58,754 nt of DNA from Nitrospinota bacterium (GCA_016217765.1 JACRGP010000032.1:1-58754); one strand, 5' to 3'; shown: positions 37,438 to 46,648, counted from the first letter of the stretch. The notes: generated by a model not told the origin, from the sequence alone. A program made the numbers and translations.

Positions 37438-38300
37438 GCATCCTGGTTGACGAAAACACGCGCTTACTGGTACAGGGCATTACCGGCCGGGAAGGAATGT
37501 TCCACACCGAACAGGCCGTCAAATACGGGACCAAGGTGGCGGCGGGGGTGACGCCCGGCAAGGGCGGGCAATCGGTCATGAACATCCCCGTATTCAACAC
37601 GGTCAAGGACGCGGTGAAAAAAACCAAGGCCAACGCCACGATGATATTCGTCCCCCCGGCGTTCGCTCCGGACGCCATCCTGGAGGCGGCCGACGCGGGC
37701 ATCGAACTCATCGTCTGCATTACCGAAGGCATACCGATCTGCGACATGGTCGAGGTGTACCGCTATCTGAAAAACCCCGGCACAAAAATGATCGGCCCCA
37801 ATTGCCCCGGCGTCATTTCTCCCGGGAAGTGCAAGATCGGCATCATGCCGGGCCATATCCACAAGAAAGGCTCCGTGGGCATCATTTCGCGGAGCGGGAC
37901 GCTCACCTACGAGACCGTGAGCCAGTTGACGGCTTTGGGCATCGGCCAGTCCACCTGCGTCGGGATCGGCGGCGACCCCATCATCGGCATGCGGTTCATC
38001 GACGTTCTGGAACTCTTCCAGAAGGACCGCGGCACCAAGGCCATTTGCATGATCGGGGAGATCGGCGGGTCGGCGGAGGAAGAAGCGGCCCACTACATTA
38101 AAAAACACGTCACCAAACCCGTGATCGGGTTTATCGCCGGGCAAACCGCCCCCCCCGGCCGGCGCATGGGACATGCCGGGGCCATCATCTCCGGCGGACA
38201 AGGCGCCGCTGGGGACAAAATGGCCGTCATGAAAAAATGCGGCATCAAGGTTTGCAAAAGCCCCGCCGACCTCGGACAGACCGTGGCTAAAAACCTCTGA
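37434..38300 (+). CDS. sucD: succinate--CoA ligase subunit alpha
   Basis: [30 protein letters not shown], and [10 protein letters not shown] (phosphohistidine loop), 288 aa. Confidence 0.95.
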   Translation: MSILVDENTRLLVQGITGREGMFHTEQAVKYGTKVAAGVTPGKGGQSVMNIPVFNTVKDAVKKTKANATMIFVPPAFAPDAILEAADAGIELIVCITEGIPICDMVEVYRYLKNPGTKMIGPNCPGVISPGKCKIGIMPGHIHKKGSVGIISRSGTLTYETVSQLTALGIGQSTCVGIGGDPIIGMRFIDVLELFQKDRGTKAICMIGEIGGSAEEEAAHYIKKHVTKPVIGFIAGQTAPPGRRMGHAGAIISGGQGAAGDKMAVMKKCGIKVCKSPADLGQTVAKNL

Positions 38301-38340
38301 CAAGCTGAAAAACTATTTTACAACCCCCGGTTGTCTGGTT

Positions 38341-38365
38341 GTCATTCCGGCGCCAGCCGGGATGA
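38341..38365. repeat. repeat family E-like single hairpin
   Basis: GTCATTCCGGC-GCCA-GCCGGGATGA, directly downstream of sucD. Confidence 0.55.
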
Positions 38366-38746
38366 AAAGCTCGGCGTCATCGCGGCGCGCGCCCACTCGC
38401 CGTGGGGGCGCCTGGCCTGACTTCGATTGCCCTCGATTCCTCCCATTCGCCATCCGGGTCAAGCCCATTGGGTCCAGCGCGCAATAACGCTTCGCGATCG
38501 CCGGAACACGTTTTCCGTCCCGGCGCCAGCGCGGGAGGGGGGACGGCGTTGCGCCCGGGGGTGTCCCCGTCCGGCTCCTCAGGCTGTTTCCACTCCTTTT
38601 CGTAAAGCTCACTACCCTACATATTTATAGCCGAAACCCATTATTCGATAAACGGTTACCGCTCCACTACCTTGCGCCATTCACCCTATATAGGAGGGTT
38701 GTATTTATTATCCAGACTTTGACGAACGGAAAGAACGTCTTGTCTA

Positions 38747-39551
38747 ATGCAATGCGGAAGGCGAAAACCAATGAAACGTGAAGAAAACGTCGATCAAAGC
38801 CTTGACGAGATAGCCATGGACATCCAGTGGAACCTGCAAAAGTTGTCTTCCGCTCTTGATCGATACTACGGTTATGAACCGCAACCCGCGCGGGACATCG
38901 AGGACTATCCAGGACCCGCATCCAAAAATAACTTTGACCAGAATCAACCGCGCGACGATCAGGGACAATGGACCGTCGTCGCCAATAACGACGGCGATTC
39001 ACAAGAAGAACCCAAACCCGCGCAAGGAAGACCCAAACCCGTACAAGGAGGATCCAAACCTGCGCGAGAGAAGCCCAAACCCGCGAAGGATCTTCAATCC
39101 AGTGAGAAGGGGCAAGGTTTAATTATGGGGTTTGAAAAATTCCGACCGAAAGAATATCTAGACCAGGGCGGAAAACGCACAATCGGTTGGGGACATCTAT
39201 TGCAACCAGGCGAAGAATACCCTAATGGAATTCTCAAAAGATGAGGCGCTTAGGCTTCTGGCCCAAGACATACGAATAGCCGAGACCGCCGCACAAAGAA
39301 AGGTAAAAGTCGACCTCGCCCAGCATCAATTCGACGCGTTGACTTCATTCGTTTTTAACATAGGCGGAGGCAAGTTCGGAAAATCAACGTTGTTGCGCCT
39401 TCTTAATCGAGGCGAGTATAATAGGGCCGCAAACCAGTTTCTTGTATGGAATAAAGTCGAAGTTGAAAAAGGTGTGTGGATAACGAGCGACGGCCTGACG
39501 AAACGCAGAAGAATCGAACGAGAGGTCTTTCTCCATGGCAACCATCACTAA
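38747..39551 (+). pseudogene. GH24 (phage-type) lysozyme with an N-terminal extension, split by a +1 frameshift near 39230
   Basis: ORF 38747..39244 ends ..GFEKFRPKEYLDQGGKRTIGWGHLLQPGEEYPNGILKR*. ORF 39225..39551 continues as ..SKDEALRLLAQDI...QHQFDALTSFVFNIGGGKF...LTKRRRIEREVFL. Together they form one GH24 domain with the E/D/T catalytic residues. Removing one nt in ATTC (39231-39234) restores ..PNGISKDEA.. The start is uncertain (38747 or 38771). Confidence 0.7.
39008..39091 (+). repeat. four tandem 21-bp repeats encoding the PKP-rich linker of the lysozyme
   Basis: The units are gaacccaaacccgcgcaagga, agacccaaacccgtacaagga, ggatccaaacctgcgcgagag and aagcccaaacccgcgaaggat. They encode EPKPAQG RPKPVQG GSKPARE KPKPAKD. 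Confidence 0.8.
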
Positions 39552-39951
39552 GACAACCCTCATATTATGCACAGCGGTCGTCATTCTGTCTTGTCCGGTT
39601 GCATGGGAAAAGGTTTGGGCGGAGAATTGTCTGGATACGCCAATCCAACCGGAAATGAATCTTTGCGCATCTAATGTTACGAAAAAAGCCGATCTGGAAT
39701 TAGAAGCTGTCTATAAAAAATTGATGAAAAAGATCGACCTCGAAAATCAAGCCAAACTGCGCTCTGCCCAAAGCGCCTGGATTGTATATCGTAAAAAGCA
39801 ATGCGAATTTAACACTGCGGGAACTGTCGGCGGATCGGTTCATCCAACGGTTCTGTCCTATTGTTACGCGGATTTCGCTAACCAACAGAAAAAAATTCTT
39901 CAGGGTCAGCTTGAATGCGAAGAGGGCAATCTTTCCTGTGGAGGGCAATGA
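39535..39951 (+). CDS. DUF1311 / LprI-like (lysozyme-inhibitor family) periplasmic protein
   Basis: Signal peptide TLILCTAVVILSCPVAW, then the LprI-like pattern C...Q.EMN.C......KAD.EL..VYKKL........L..AQ.AW..YR...CEF, ending in further Cys pairs. It overlaps the lysozyme 3' end by 17 nt. Confidence 0.7.
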   Translation: MATITKTTLILCTAVVILSCPVAWEKVWAENCLDTPIQPEMNLCASNVTKKADLELEAVYKKLMKKIDLENQAKLRSAQSAWIVYRKKQCEFNTAGTVGGSVHPTVLSYCYADFANQQKKILQGQLECEEGNLSCGGQ

Positions 39952-40111
39952 AGGTCAAAATCGCCCTGTCCCTAACGCTGATAGCCGCTGTCCCCGCGAA
40001 ACGTTCCATATATGAAAGTCGGTCGGCGCCAGGGCCGGAACCGAACCGCTAGCGATCGCGCCCTCGAAAAGATCTTTGGAACCGATCGGGTCCTCGTCTC
40101 ATCCAAAAAAC

Positions 40112-40309
40112 ATGATCGAGGAATTTTGTCCAAAATGCGGTAAACCCAACGTATCGCAATCGGCCTGGTGCGAGTACTGCCTGACCTATTTCAACGAGTA
40201 CGGGAAGAACGTGACCCTATACTGCCCGGAATGCTCCCATCCCAACGATTATAACTCCAGCCATTGCGAAGTCTGCTACGAGCCATTGAAACCCGGCCAG
40301 GTCGAATGA
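40112..40309 (+). CDS. double zinc-ribbon small protein
   Basis: CPKCG...CEYC and CPECS...CEVC, four CxxC pairs in 65 aa. I prefer ATG 40112 to the listed TTG 40076. Confidence 0.55.
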   Translation: MIEEFCPKCGKPNVSQSAWCEYCLTYFNEYGKNVTLYCPECSHPNDYNSSHCEVCYEPLKPGQVE

Positions 40310-40318
40310 CCGCGGCCC

Positions 40319-40774
40319 TTATTTCTCTTGCTCTTGTTGCGGGCCATCGACGACGGAAATCCGTTCCAGCCGGGACTGGTATTCGAGGCTATCGAACTGC
40401 CCTCCCCCTCTGCGGACGCTGGAAAAATAAAGGTCGGCGTATTCGGAAATGATGGCATGAAGCGATTCGTGCTCGTCCAGCCCCTCGCTCATCAACCGGC
40501 GGTGCGTCTCGGCGACAAACTCCGGGTCCTGGTTCAGGATTTGTCGGTCAATGACGGTATGCAACACCGTATGCACGAAAGGGTTCACGATCTGACCGTC
40601 GATCTCCTGGGGAAAAGCGGACAGCTCGCCGTTGGGCCAAAGAGGCTCGAACTCCGGATGCAGGTCCATGACCCACGCGATCCGGGCGTCCGCCTCGTCG
40701 ATTTTCTCGCCCCGCGAACGGGCCGACGCGACCTGGAAAATTCTTTTCTGGGTATCCTTATCGAAAGCCAACAT
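40319..40774 (-). CDS. DUF1841-family protein
   Basis: NPFVHTVLHTVIDRQILNQDPEFV...HESLHAIISEYADLYF matches my recollection of DUF1841. Confidence 0.6.
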   Translation of the reverse strand: MLAFDKDTQKRIFQVASARSRGEKIDEADARIAWVMDLHPEFEPLWPNGELSAFPQEIDGQIVNPFVHTVLHTVIDRQILNQDPEFVAETHRRLMSEGLDEHESLHAIISEYADLYFSSVRRGGGQFDSLEYQSRLERISVVDGPQQEQEK

Positions 40775-40939
40775 AAGTAACGACTCCTGAAAAATGAGCG
40801 CCGGAACAAACCCGCGGGCGCCTCATGAATGGCGGAAACGGTTACCGGACGAAGCGGCGTGCCGCCGCCAACGTGCCGTTGGATCCAATGCCGCCGCCCG
40901 CTTACGCGGCGACGGAGAACTTGTCTTCACCCCCTTGCA

Positions 40940-40968
40940 AAGGGGGCCGGGGGGATTCGCTCCGTAGC
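40940..40968. repeat. repeat family A single arm (A-VI)
   Basis: CCCCCTTGCAAAGGGGGCCGGGGGGATTC. Confidence 0.75.
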
Positions 40969-40983
40969 GGCACGTTGGGGGTC

Positions 40984-41268
40984 TCAGGGAGTTTCCGAGA
41001 AATGCGTCCGGCGGTCGCTCCCCGCGCCGCCGTAGACCATGAAAACCTTTTTACCCTGGCGGATATGATACTTGGCCCATGCGGGAGACCGCCCGGCGAA
41101 GGCGGCGTTGGGGTCCTCGCCCTCGGCCCTTAAAAAATCCGGATAATCCAGCCCCGCGTCAAACACATCGCCCCGCAGGGAATCCGTGACAAAACCTTTC
41201 CCGTGAAAGGCGATCTGACTTAAAAACTCCCGGATTTTTTCCGGATCGTTCAGTTCAATGGATTGCAT
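40984..41268 (-). CDS. hypothetical protein (94 aa)
   Basis: An ORF with coding-like composition and no motif I recognise. Its 3' end abuts repeat A-VI. Confidence 0.4.
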   Translation of the reverse strand: MQSIELNDPEKIREFLSQIAFHGKGFVTDSLRGDVFDAGLDYPDFLRAEGEDPNAAFAGRSPAWAKYHIRQGKKVFMVYGGAGSDRRTHFSETP

Positions 41269-41475
41269 AAGGGTTTTCGATGAAACTCCGCTCCAAACGA
41301 TTCGACCGACAATAAACTTTGATCTTGAGCGGGGTATCTGGTAGTTTTAAAAAGTAGACAGAAGGACGCGGCAAATTTCCAGACCGCGCGAATTCCCGAT
41401 TTTTTAATACTAACATACCCCTTGGAGAGCGCAAACATCGACGCGACCTTCAAGCCCCCTTTTCAGGAAAAAAAC

Positions 41476-41793
41476 ATGCTGACCCACGAGAACCTGGAGT
41501 TGACCCGGACCCAACCCGACGGCAACGGCGGAGTCCAATTCCTTTACCGCGTCAAGAATTACGGCGTCGCCGCCTGTAGCCGCCCGAAGGAAGAGATCGC
41601 GCAAATCAACTGGGAGGTGGACGTCATAAAGTTCAAGGACGCGAATACCCTGAACTTCGACGTTTGCCACACCACCGAATTGGCCGCCAATACCCTGACT
41701 TTCCATAACGACAAGTCCCTGAACGAGTTTCTCAAGAAGGCGTTCGTGTATTTCGACGAACTCAACGTCCTGGAGGGGATGATGACGAAATAA
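41476..41793 (+). CDS. hypothetical protein (105 aa)
   Basis: ORF starting at ATG 41476 (MLTHENLELTRTQPDG...). No recognisable motif. Confidence 0.45.
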   Translation: MLTHENLELTRTQPDGNGGVQFLYRVKNYGVAACSRPKEEIAQINWEVDVIKFKDANTLNFDVCHTTELAANTLTFHNDKSLNEFLKKAFVYFDELNVLEGMMTK

Positions 41794-42031
41794 AGGAAGC
41801 TTTTCACCTTGACAGGGGCCGTCAATGCCCCTAAAACGCAAATTTTTTTTATTCAACGGCGCCAAACACGTTGTTTCAAGCGCGCAACTATGGTAGTTTG
41901 CGAAGTTCCGGTTAGGTCGGGCTTATAATCCCCTGACCGGTATCCCGCTGTTTCGGTTCGCCCCGAAACAGCCGTCTCCTCGAAAAAAGTCATTACTTTT
42001 TATAAAAATATATAAAAGATAGGAGTTTCAT

Positions 42032-43231
42032 ATGTCCGACCCAGTGGCTCAAGCGCCCCAGCAAAAAGAACGTGTTCGAAAAGGCGATTTGCAAAAGGTA
42101 GTCACCCCCGAGCACATGTTTTTTGAAGCCCCCCGGGAAACCCAGTTCATCACCGGAAGCGAAGCGGCCCGCGAAGCCATTCGCAGGGCCAATGTCGACA
42201 TAGCCATCTCGTATCCCATCACGCCCCAAAGCGAGACCATGCAACAGGCGGGGTATTTGTACGACGAGGGATACATCAAGGATTATTACCGGGGCGAGGA
42301 GGAAATCGGGGTCATGGCCGCCATTGCCGGGGCTTCCCGCTCCGGAGTCCGGTCGCTCACGGCGACGTCCGGGCCGGGCTTGATCCGCGGCCTGGAGGCC
42401 ATCTCATCCTGGCCGGGAGCCCGCGTGCCCGCGGTACTGCTGGATATGTGCCGGGTCATCAACACCCCGTTGGCGATTCAACCGGACAACATCGAAATTT
42501 CCTTTCTGCTGAACACCGGGTTGATCGTCCTGCACGGCGAGAACCAGCAGGACTTTTTCGATTATCCCCTGATCGCGTTCGTGGTGTCCGAGCAGGTGGA
42601 CGTCACCTTGCCCGTCGTCGTCTCCGTCGATGGATTTTTTGTGACCCATGCCCGGGGACACGTGAGCATCCCTTCCGCGGACATCAAACTGCCCCCGCGC
42701 GACGGCTGGAAATGCGCCGTGCCCGCGATGGACAACGAGAATCCGCCGGCGAGAATTTCGCGCGACGCTCCCATTCAAAAGAGCAACTTCATCAGCTACC
42801 ACATGCACGCCAGCTGGCAACAGGAGGTATTCGCGGCGGTCCAGCGGTCGGCCAGATATCTGAGGAAATACCTGAAGGGTTTGGTCGAGATCGTCAATCC
42901 GGACGCCGAGGAAATGATCGTCGCTTCCGGCTCGGCGGTGTCCCAGTCGCGGGAAGCCATCCGCCAGTCGGCGGAATTGGGCAGAAAGGTCGGCCTGATC
43001 AAAATCAAGTCTCTCCGCCCGTTCCCGGCGCAGGAGATCCGCGAAGCCTGCAAAAACGTCAAGCGGATCCTGGCGCCGGAGTTCAACCAGGCCGGCTGGT
43101 TGCACAAAGAGCTTTGCTCCACTCTGTACGGGTATTCCAACGCAGTGATCCAACCCGGCCCCAGGGTTTTCGGCGGCATGACCATGCCCACCGAAATGAT
43201 TCTGGAGTGGTTGGAAGAATGCCGGAAATAA
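42032..43231 (+). CDS. 2-oxoacid:ferredoxin oxidoreductase subunit alpha
   Basis: ITGSEAAREAIRRANVDIAISYPITPQSE, ..GASRSGVRSLTATSGPGL.., 399 aa. AGGAG lies 7 nt before the ATG. Confidence 0.9.
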   Translation: MSDPVAQAPQQKERVRKGDLQKVVTPEHMFFEAPRETQFITGSEAAREAIRRANVDIAISYPITPQSETMQQAGYLYDEGYIKDYYRGEEEIGVMAAIAGASRSGVRSLTATSGPGLIRGLEAISSWPGARVPAVLLDMCRVINTPLAIQPDNIEISFLLNTGLIVLHGENQQDFFDYPLIAFVVSEQVDVTLPVVVSVDGFFVTHARGHVSIPSADIKLPPRDGWKCAVPAMDNENPPARISRDAPIQKSNFISYHMHASWQQEVFAAVQRSARYLRKYLKGLVEIVNPDAEEMIVASGSAVSQSREAIRQSAELGRKVGLIKIKSLRPFPAQEIREACKNVKRILAPEFNQAGWLHKELCSTLYGYSNAVIQPGPRVFGGMTMPTEMILEWLEECRK

Positions 43232-43399
43232 CCCTCTCCGCTTAACGATCGCTTGTTGAGCAAGGGTATTTTGTTATAATGTGTTTATAAAGCGAGGCGA
43301 GGCGTTGCGCCCGCTTGTCAACGCCAAGTGTGTCCCGCTGGCCGGGCATGCTCCCATAATTTAACGATCGAGCTGTATTCATATAGAAAGGCAATTCCC

Positions 43400-44263
43400 A
43401 TGTCCCTAGAAACCTTGAGAGTCTCTCCAGGCTATGAGCACATCATGCCCATCGAGTATCAGGACCTGATCAACCACGGCCCCTATGGCCGCCAGGTAAA
43501 AGTTTCCGAAATGGGCAAATTCAAGGAGATCATCGAGGAACACCCCATGTGCGCGGGGTGCGCCATGAGCCTGTTCATCCGCCTGACCATGATCGGCCTG
43601 CCGACCCCGGAGCACACCGTCCTCGTCGGCACGGCGGGTTGCGGACGGCTGTCCATCAGCCAAGCCTCGATCCCGTTCATCTACGGCAATTACGGCGACA
43701 CCAACGCCGTCGCCTCCGGGTTGAAGCGCGGCCTGGAAATCCGTTTCCCCAACCAGAAGAAGGACGTGGTGGTCATGGCCGGCGACGGCGGGTTGATCGA
43801 CATCGGTTTCAAGCACCTGATGCACGCCTGGTTCCGGCGGGAAAAGTTCACCACCATCATGCTGGACAACGAGGTTTACGGGAACACCGGCGGCCAGGAA
43901 AGCGGCATGACCCAGAAAGGCAGGATCCTGAAAATGGCGCCGCGCGGCAAACAGGTGGACAAGATCGACGCCATCGGCCTGGCCAAGGTGGCCAAGGTGG
44001 ACTACATCGCCCGGATCGCCCCGACCAACCCGGCGCGCGTGGCCCGCACCGTCCGGCGCGCGGTCCTCGTGGCGCGGGAAATCGGCTCCAGCTACATCCA
44101 GGCCTACACCTCCTGCAACATCGAATACGCCATACCGACCCCCGAGGTCATGAAGGACGCCTTCAACGTGGAGAAAGAGCGCTACGGGTTCGAGGAGATC
44201 CTTTCCGACCGGGCCAAGGAGTACCTGAACGAGATCGAAAAGAAGGACAAAGAGAAGAAGTAA
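43400..44263 (+). CDS. 2-oxoacid:ferredoxin oxidoreductase subunit beta (TPP-binding)
   Basis: CAGCAMSL, GTAGCG, VVVMAGDGGLIDIGF (GDG TPP motif) and LDNEVYGNTGGQ. The start is set at ATG 43400. Confidence 0.9.
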   Translation: MSLETLRVSPGYEHIMPIEYQDLINHGPYGRQVKVSEMGKFKEIIEEHPMCAGCAMSLFIRLTMIGLPTPEHTVLVGTAGCGRLSISQASIPFIYGNYGDTNAVASGLKRGLEIRFPNQKKDVVVMAGDGGLIDIGFKHLMHAWFRREKFTTIMLDNEVYGNTGGQESGMTQKGRILKMAPRGKQVDKIDAIGLAKVAKVDYIARIAPTNPARVARTVRRAVLVAREIGSSYIQAYTSCNIEYAIPTPEVMKDAFNVEKERYGFEEILSDRAKEYLNEIEKKDKEKK

Positions 44264-44287
44264 AAATAACAAGGAGGAGTCCAGGAT

Positions 44288-45001
44288 ATGTCGTCTGTCA
44301 AACGCTACAACATCCGCATGGCGGGCATCGGCGGCCAGGGAGTGGTCACCGCGTCCCACATCTTGAGCAACGCGGTCATCATCTCCGGGGGCGAAAGCTC
44401 CCTGGTGCCGTTCTTCGGCTCCGAGAAACGGAACGCGCCCGTGGAAAGCTACGTGCGCATCTCCAACGACCGGATCTACGAGATCGGCGAGATCGTTTAC
44501 CCGAACGTCCTGATGATTTTCAGCGCCCAGGTCATCACCCTCGGCAAGTCCTACACCATGCCTTTCTATACCGGGCTGAAAAAGAACGGGATCATCGTCA
44601 TCAACAGCAAAACCCCCTTGAAGTTTTCCCTGGACGAGCAAAGAGAACTGGACGAGAACGGAGCGCGGATTTACTATCTCCCCGCCACGGAGTTGGCGAA
44701 CGAGGTCGCCAAGACCGAGCTGGCCACCAACATGGCCATGGTCGGCGCCATGGCCGCCATTTTCGGCATGCCCGACATGCAGTCCATCGAGGGCTCGGTC
44801 CGCGACCGGTTCATCGGCAAGGGCATCGTCGTCTCCGGCGGCACCGCGGCGCTCGACAGCGTCATCGAAAAAAAGTTCGCCAAGAAACAGAAGCTGTTGG
44901 AAGCCAACATGGACACCATCAAGGCCGCGTATCAGTTCGCCATCGACCAGGGTTGGGCCGAAGAGGCCAAAAACCTTAGAGAGAAAGCGGTAGCCGTCTA
45001 A
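44288..45001 (+). CDS. 2-oxoacid:ferredoxin oxidoreductase subunit gamma
   Basis: YNIRMAGIGGQGVVTASHILSNA N-terminus typical of gamma subunits. At 237 aa it is longer than the usual length of about 180 aa. Confidence 0.85.
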   Translation: MSSVKRYNIRMAGIGGQGVVTASHILSNAVIISGGESSLVPFFGSEKRNAPVESYVRISNDRIYEIGEIVYPNVLMIFSAQVITLGKSYTMPFYTGLKKNGIIVINSKTPLKFSLDEQRELDENGARIYYLPATELANEVAKTELATNMAMVGAMAAIFGMPDMQSIEGSVRDRFIGKGIVVSGGTAALDSVIEKKFAKKQKLLEANMDTIKAAYQFAIDQGWAEEAKNLREKAVAV

Positions 45002-45021
45002 ACTTTTTTGCTGGAGAGACC

Positions 45022-45285
45022 ATGTATTACGTTGCCCATGTCGACAAAAATATATGTTCGCAAACTTCCTGTCACCTCTGTACCACGTTCTGTCCGGAAA
45101 CCAACTGCATCAACTACAGCGAACAAGATAAGTCCGCGTATATTTCCGTCGACCGTTGCAAATCCTGCGAGATTTGCGTTTACATCTGCCGGGAAGTCGC
45201 CAAGCACAGCGCCATCCAAATGAAATGGATCAATGACCTGGAGGACGGGTTCATGATCAAGAAGTCGGGCCTTGTGTTGAGATAA
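45022..45285 (+). CDS. 2-oxoacid:ferredoxin oxidoreductase subunit delta (ferredoxin-like)
   Basis: Two Cys clusters: CSQTSCHLCTTFCP (Cx4Cx2Cx3CP, non-canonical spacing) and CKSCEICVYIC. 87 aa. Confidence 0.75.
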   Translation: MYYVAHVDKNICSQTSCHLCTTFCPETNCINYSEQDKSAYISVDRCKSCEICVYICREVAKHSAIQMKWINDLEDGFMIKKSGLVLR

Positions 45286-45298
45286 CTTTCGACCCAAA

Positions 45299-45334
45299 GG
45301 TATTTGGGCGCGTTTCGCCAAGTACCTTTTTTTT
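45299..45334 (+). terminator. rho-independent terminator after the OFOR operon
   Basis: GGTATTTGGGCG-cgttt-CGCCAAGTACC forms 11 pairs with one G.T pair and one bulge. It is followed by T8 (45327-45334). Confidence 0.75.
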
Positions 45335-45376
45335 GCTCGAATTCTTTAAACCTTACGGAGAAAGCGGAAACGATTA

Positions 45377-45793
45377 ATGGAAAAGACGCTGGCTATTATT
45401 AAACCGGATGCCGTGGAGCGCAATTTGATCGGGAAAATACTCGCGCGAGTCGAGGCCGAGGGGTTCAAGATCGCCGCCATGAAAATGGCCCATCTCGGCA
45501 AAAGAGAAGCCCAGGGATTTTATTATGTCCACAAGCAGAGGGCCTTTTTCGACGATTTGACGACCTACATGAGTTCCGGCCCCGTGGTCATCCTGGCCCT
45601 GCGCCGCGAAAACGCCGTGCCCAAGTGGCGCGAGATCATGGGCGCCACCAACCCGGCGGAAGCCGCCCCTGGGACCCTCCGCAAGGAGTTGGGACTCAAT
45701 ATCGAGAAAAACTCGACCCATGGCTCCGACTCCCCGGACAACGCGGCGTTCGAAATCTCCTACTTCTTCAGCCAGGCAGACATCCATGGATGA
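45377..45793 (+). CDS. ndk: nucleoside-diphosphate kinase
   Basis: [20 protein letters not shown]... and NSTHGSDS (active-site His), 138 aa. Confidence 0.96.
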   Translation: MEKTLAIIKPDAVERNLIGKILARVEAEGFKIAAMKMAHLGKREAQGFYYVHKQRAFFDDLTTYMSSGPVVILALRRENAVPKWREIMGATNPAEAAPGTLRKELGLNIEKNSTHGSDSPDNAAFEISYFFSQADIHG

Positions 45794-46358
45794 TCCCAGG
45801 CGCGCGGACTGCCGTAATTTTCATTGCCTAGCCACCCCAAGACGCTCGTGGGGGACCGCCGTAAAATTGACCGCATTTCTTGGTGTCTGGCTATGGAGCC
45901 TGTCCAGCGCGTCCTCAGTCCTCGCCTCCGATTACCGTTACCACCTCTTTAAAAACCCGGAAAAATTTGGTATTTTGGTATTTCCGGCGGAAAGTCTGTT
46001 TCCCGACCTGGAGAGCTACATTCTATCTCTGGATTTTGCGTCGGCGGATTCGGGCGACGCCGTCATGAGGTTCGGGACGGAACGCGAGAACCAGACGTAC
46101 ATGATGCCCGAGCCGGTGCAAAAAAAGCATCAAATCGAGAAATTCGTCATCCTGCAAATACTCAGCGATAAAAGCCTGATGGTGGGGATCTACGATCCGG
46201 AATGGGGACTCACCCTCCCGCAGGCCATTTACCAGTTGGACGAGGTCAAAAAAAACATCCCCAAATCGCTGGATGTTTTCCGCGGCAAAATGCCCGAGAA
46301 AAAGCCCGGCGAGAAAAAAGAAGGGCGCGGCCAAAACATTGACTGGAAATTGAATTGA
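45786..46358 (+). CDS. secreted hypothetical protein
   Basis: Signal-like segment [22 protein letters not shown]. The start is tentatively ATG 45786, overlapping the ndk end. No known motif. Confidence 0.5.
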   Translation: MDDPRRADCRNFHCLATPRRSWGTAVKLTAFLGVWLWSLSSASSVLASDYRYHLFKNPEKFGILVFPAESLFPDLESYILSLDFASADSGDAVMRFGTERENQTYMMPEPVQKKHQIEKFVILQILSDKSLMVGIYDPEWGLTLPQAIYQLDEVKKNIPKSLDVFRGKMPEKKPGEKKEGRGQNIDWKLN

Positions 46359-46456
46359 CGGGCGGTCCCCGGTAGGCAAGTTCGCGGCGCGAACGCTTTG
46401 ATTTTTGGAAACCGATCGATCGCCGATGGCGCGATGATCGACGGGAGGTGGTGTCC

Positions 46457-46648
46457 ATGCCAATCTACGAGTATGAATGCGAAAAGTGCAAGGAAGTCCT
46501 GGAAGTATTGCAAAACCCCAACGACGAGCCCCTGAAGAAATGCGGGAAGTGCGGCGGCGAACTGCATAAGGTCATCGCCAACTCGACTTTCCACTTATAC
46601 GGGTCAGGGTTCTATACGACCGACAACAAGAGAAAATACCTGAAATAA
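46457..46648 (+). CDS. FmdB-family zinc-ribbon protein
   Basis: MPIYEYECEKC...CGKCGG is the CxxC_CxxC_SSSS signature. GGGAGG lies 8 nt upstream of ATG 46457. Confidence 0.85.
   Translation: MPIYEYECEKCKEVLEVLQNPNDEPLKKCGKCGGELHKVIANSTFHLYGSGFYTTDNKRKYLK

Noticed and set aside
36280-38300. sucCD as citryl-CoA synthetase (CcsAB) of an alternative reductive TCA cycle.
   Set aside because: The lengths (385 and 288 aa) and N-terminal sequences are those of ordinary succinyl-CoA synthetase. Nothing in the window (no citryl-CoA lyase) supports the alternative.
39225-39244. Programmed +1 ribosomal frameshift in the lysozyme gene.
   Set aside because: There is no slippery heptamer, no rare or stop codon pause context like prfB, and no downstream structure. 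A simple 1-nt indel (mutation or sequencing error) is the more economical explanation.
39476-39484. A perfect DnaA box, TGTGGATAA (complement of TTATCCACA).
   Set aside because: It is a single occurrence inside a coding region. One exact 9-mer match is roughly what chance predicts in about 117 kb of two-strand sequence. There is no cluster, AT-rich unwinding element or dnaA/dnaN neighbour.
41940-41975. Hairpin GCTGTTTCGG-ttcgcc-CCGAAACAGC upstream of the OFOR operon as a terminator or riboswitch.
   Set aside because: It has a good 10-bp stem but no following T-run and no recognisable riboswitch core. It may be regulatory, but I cannot support a specific call.
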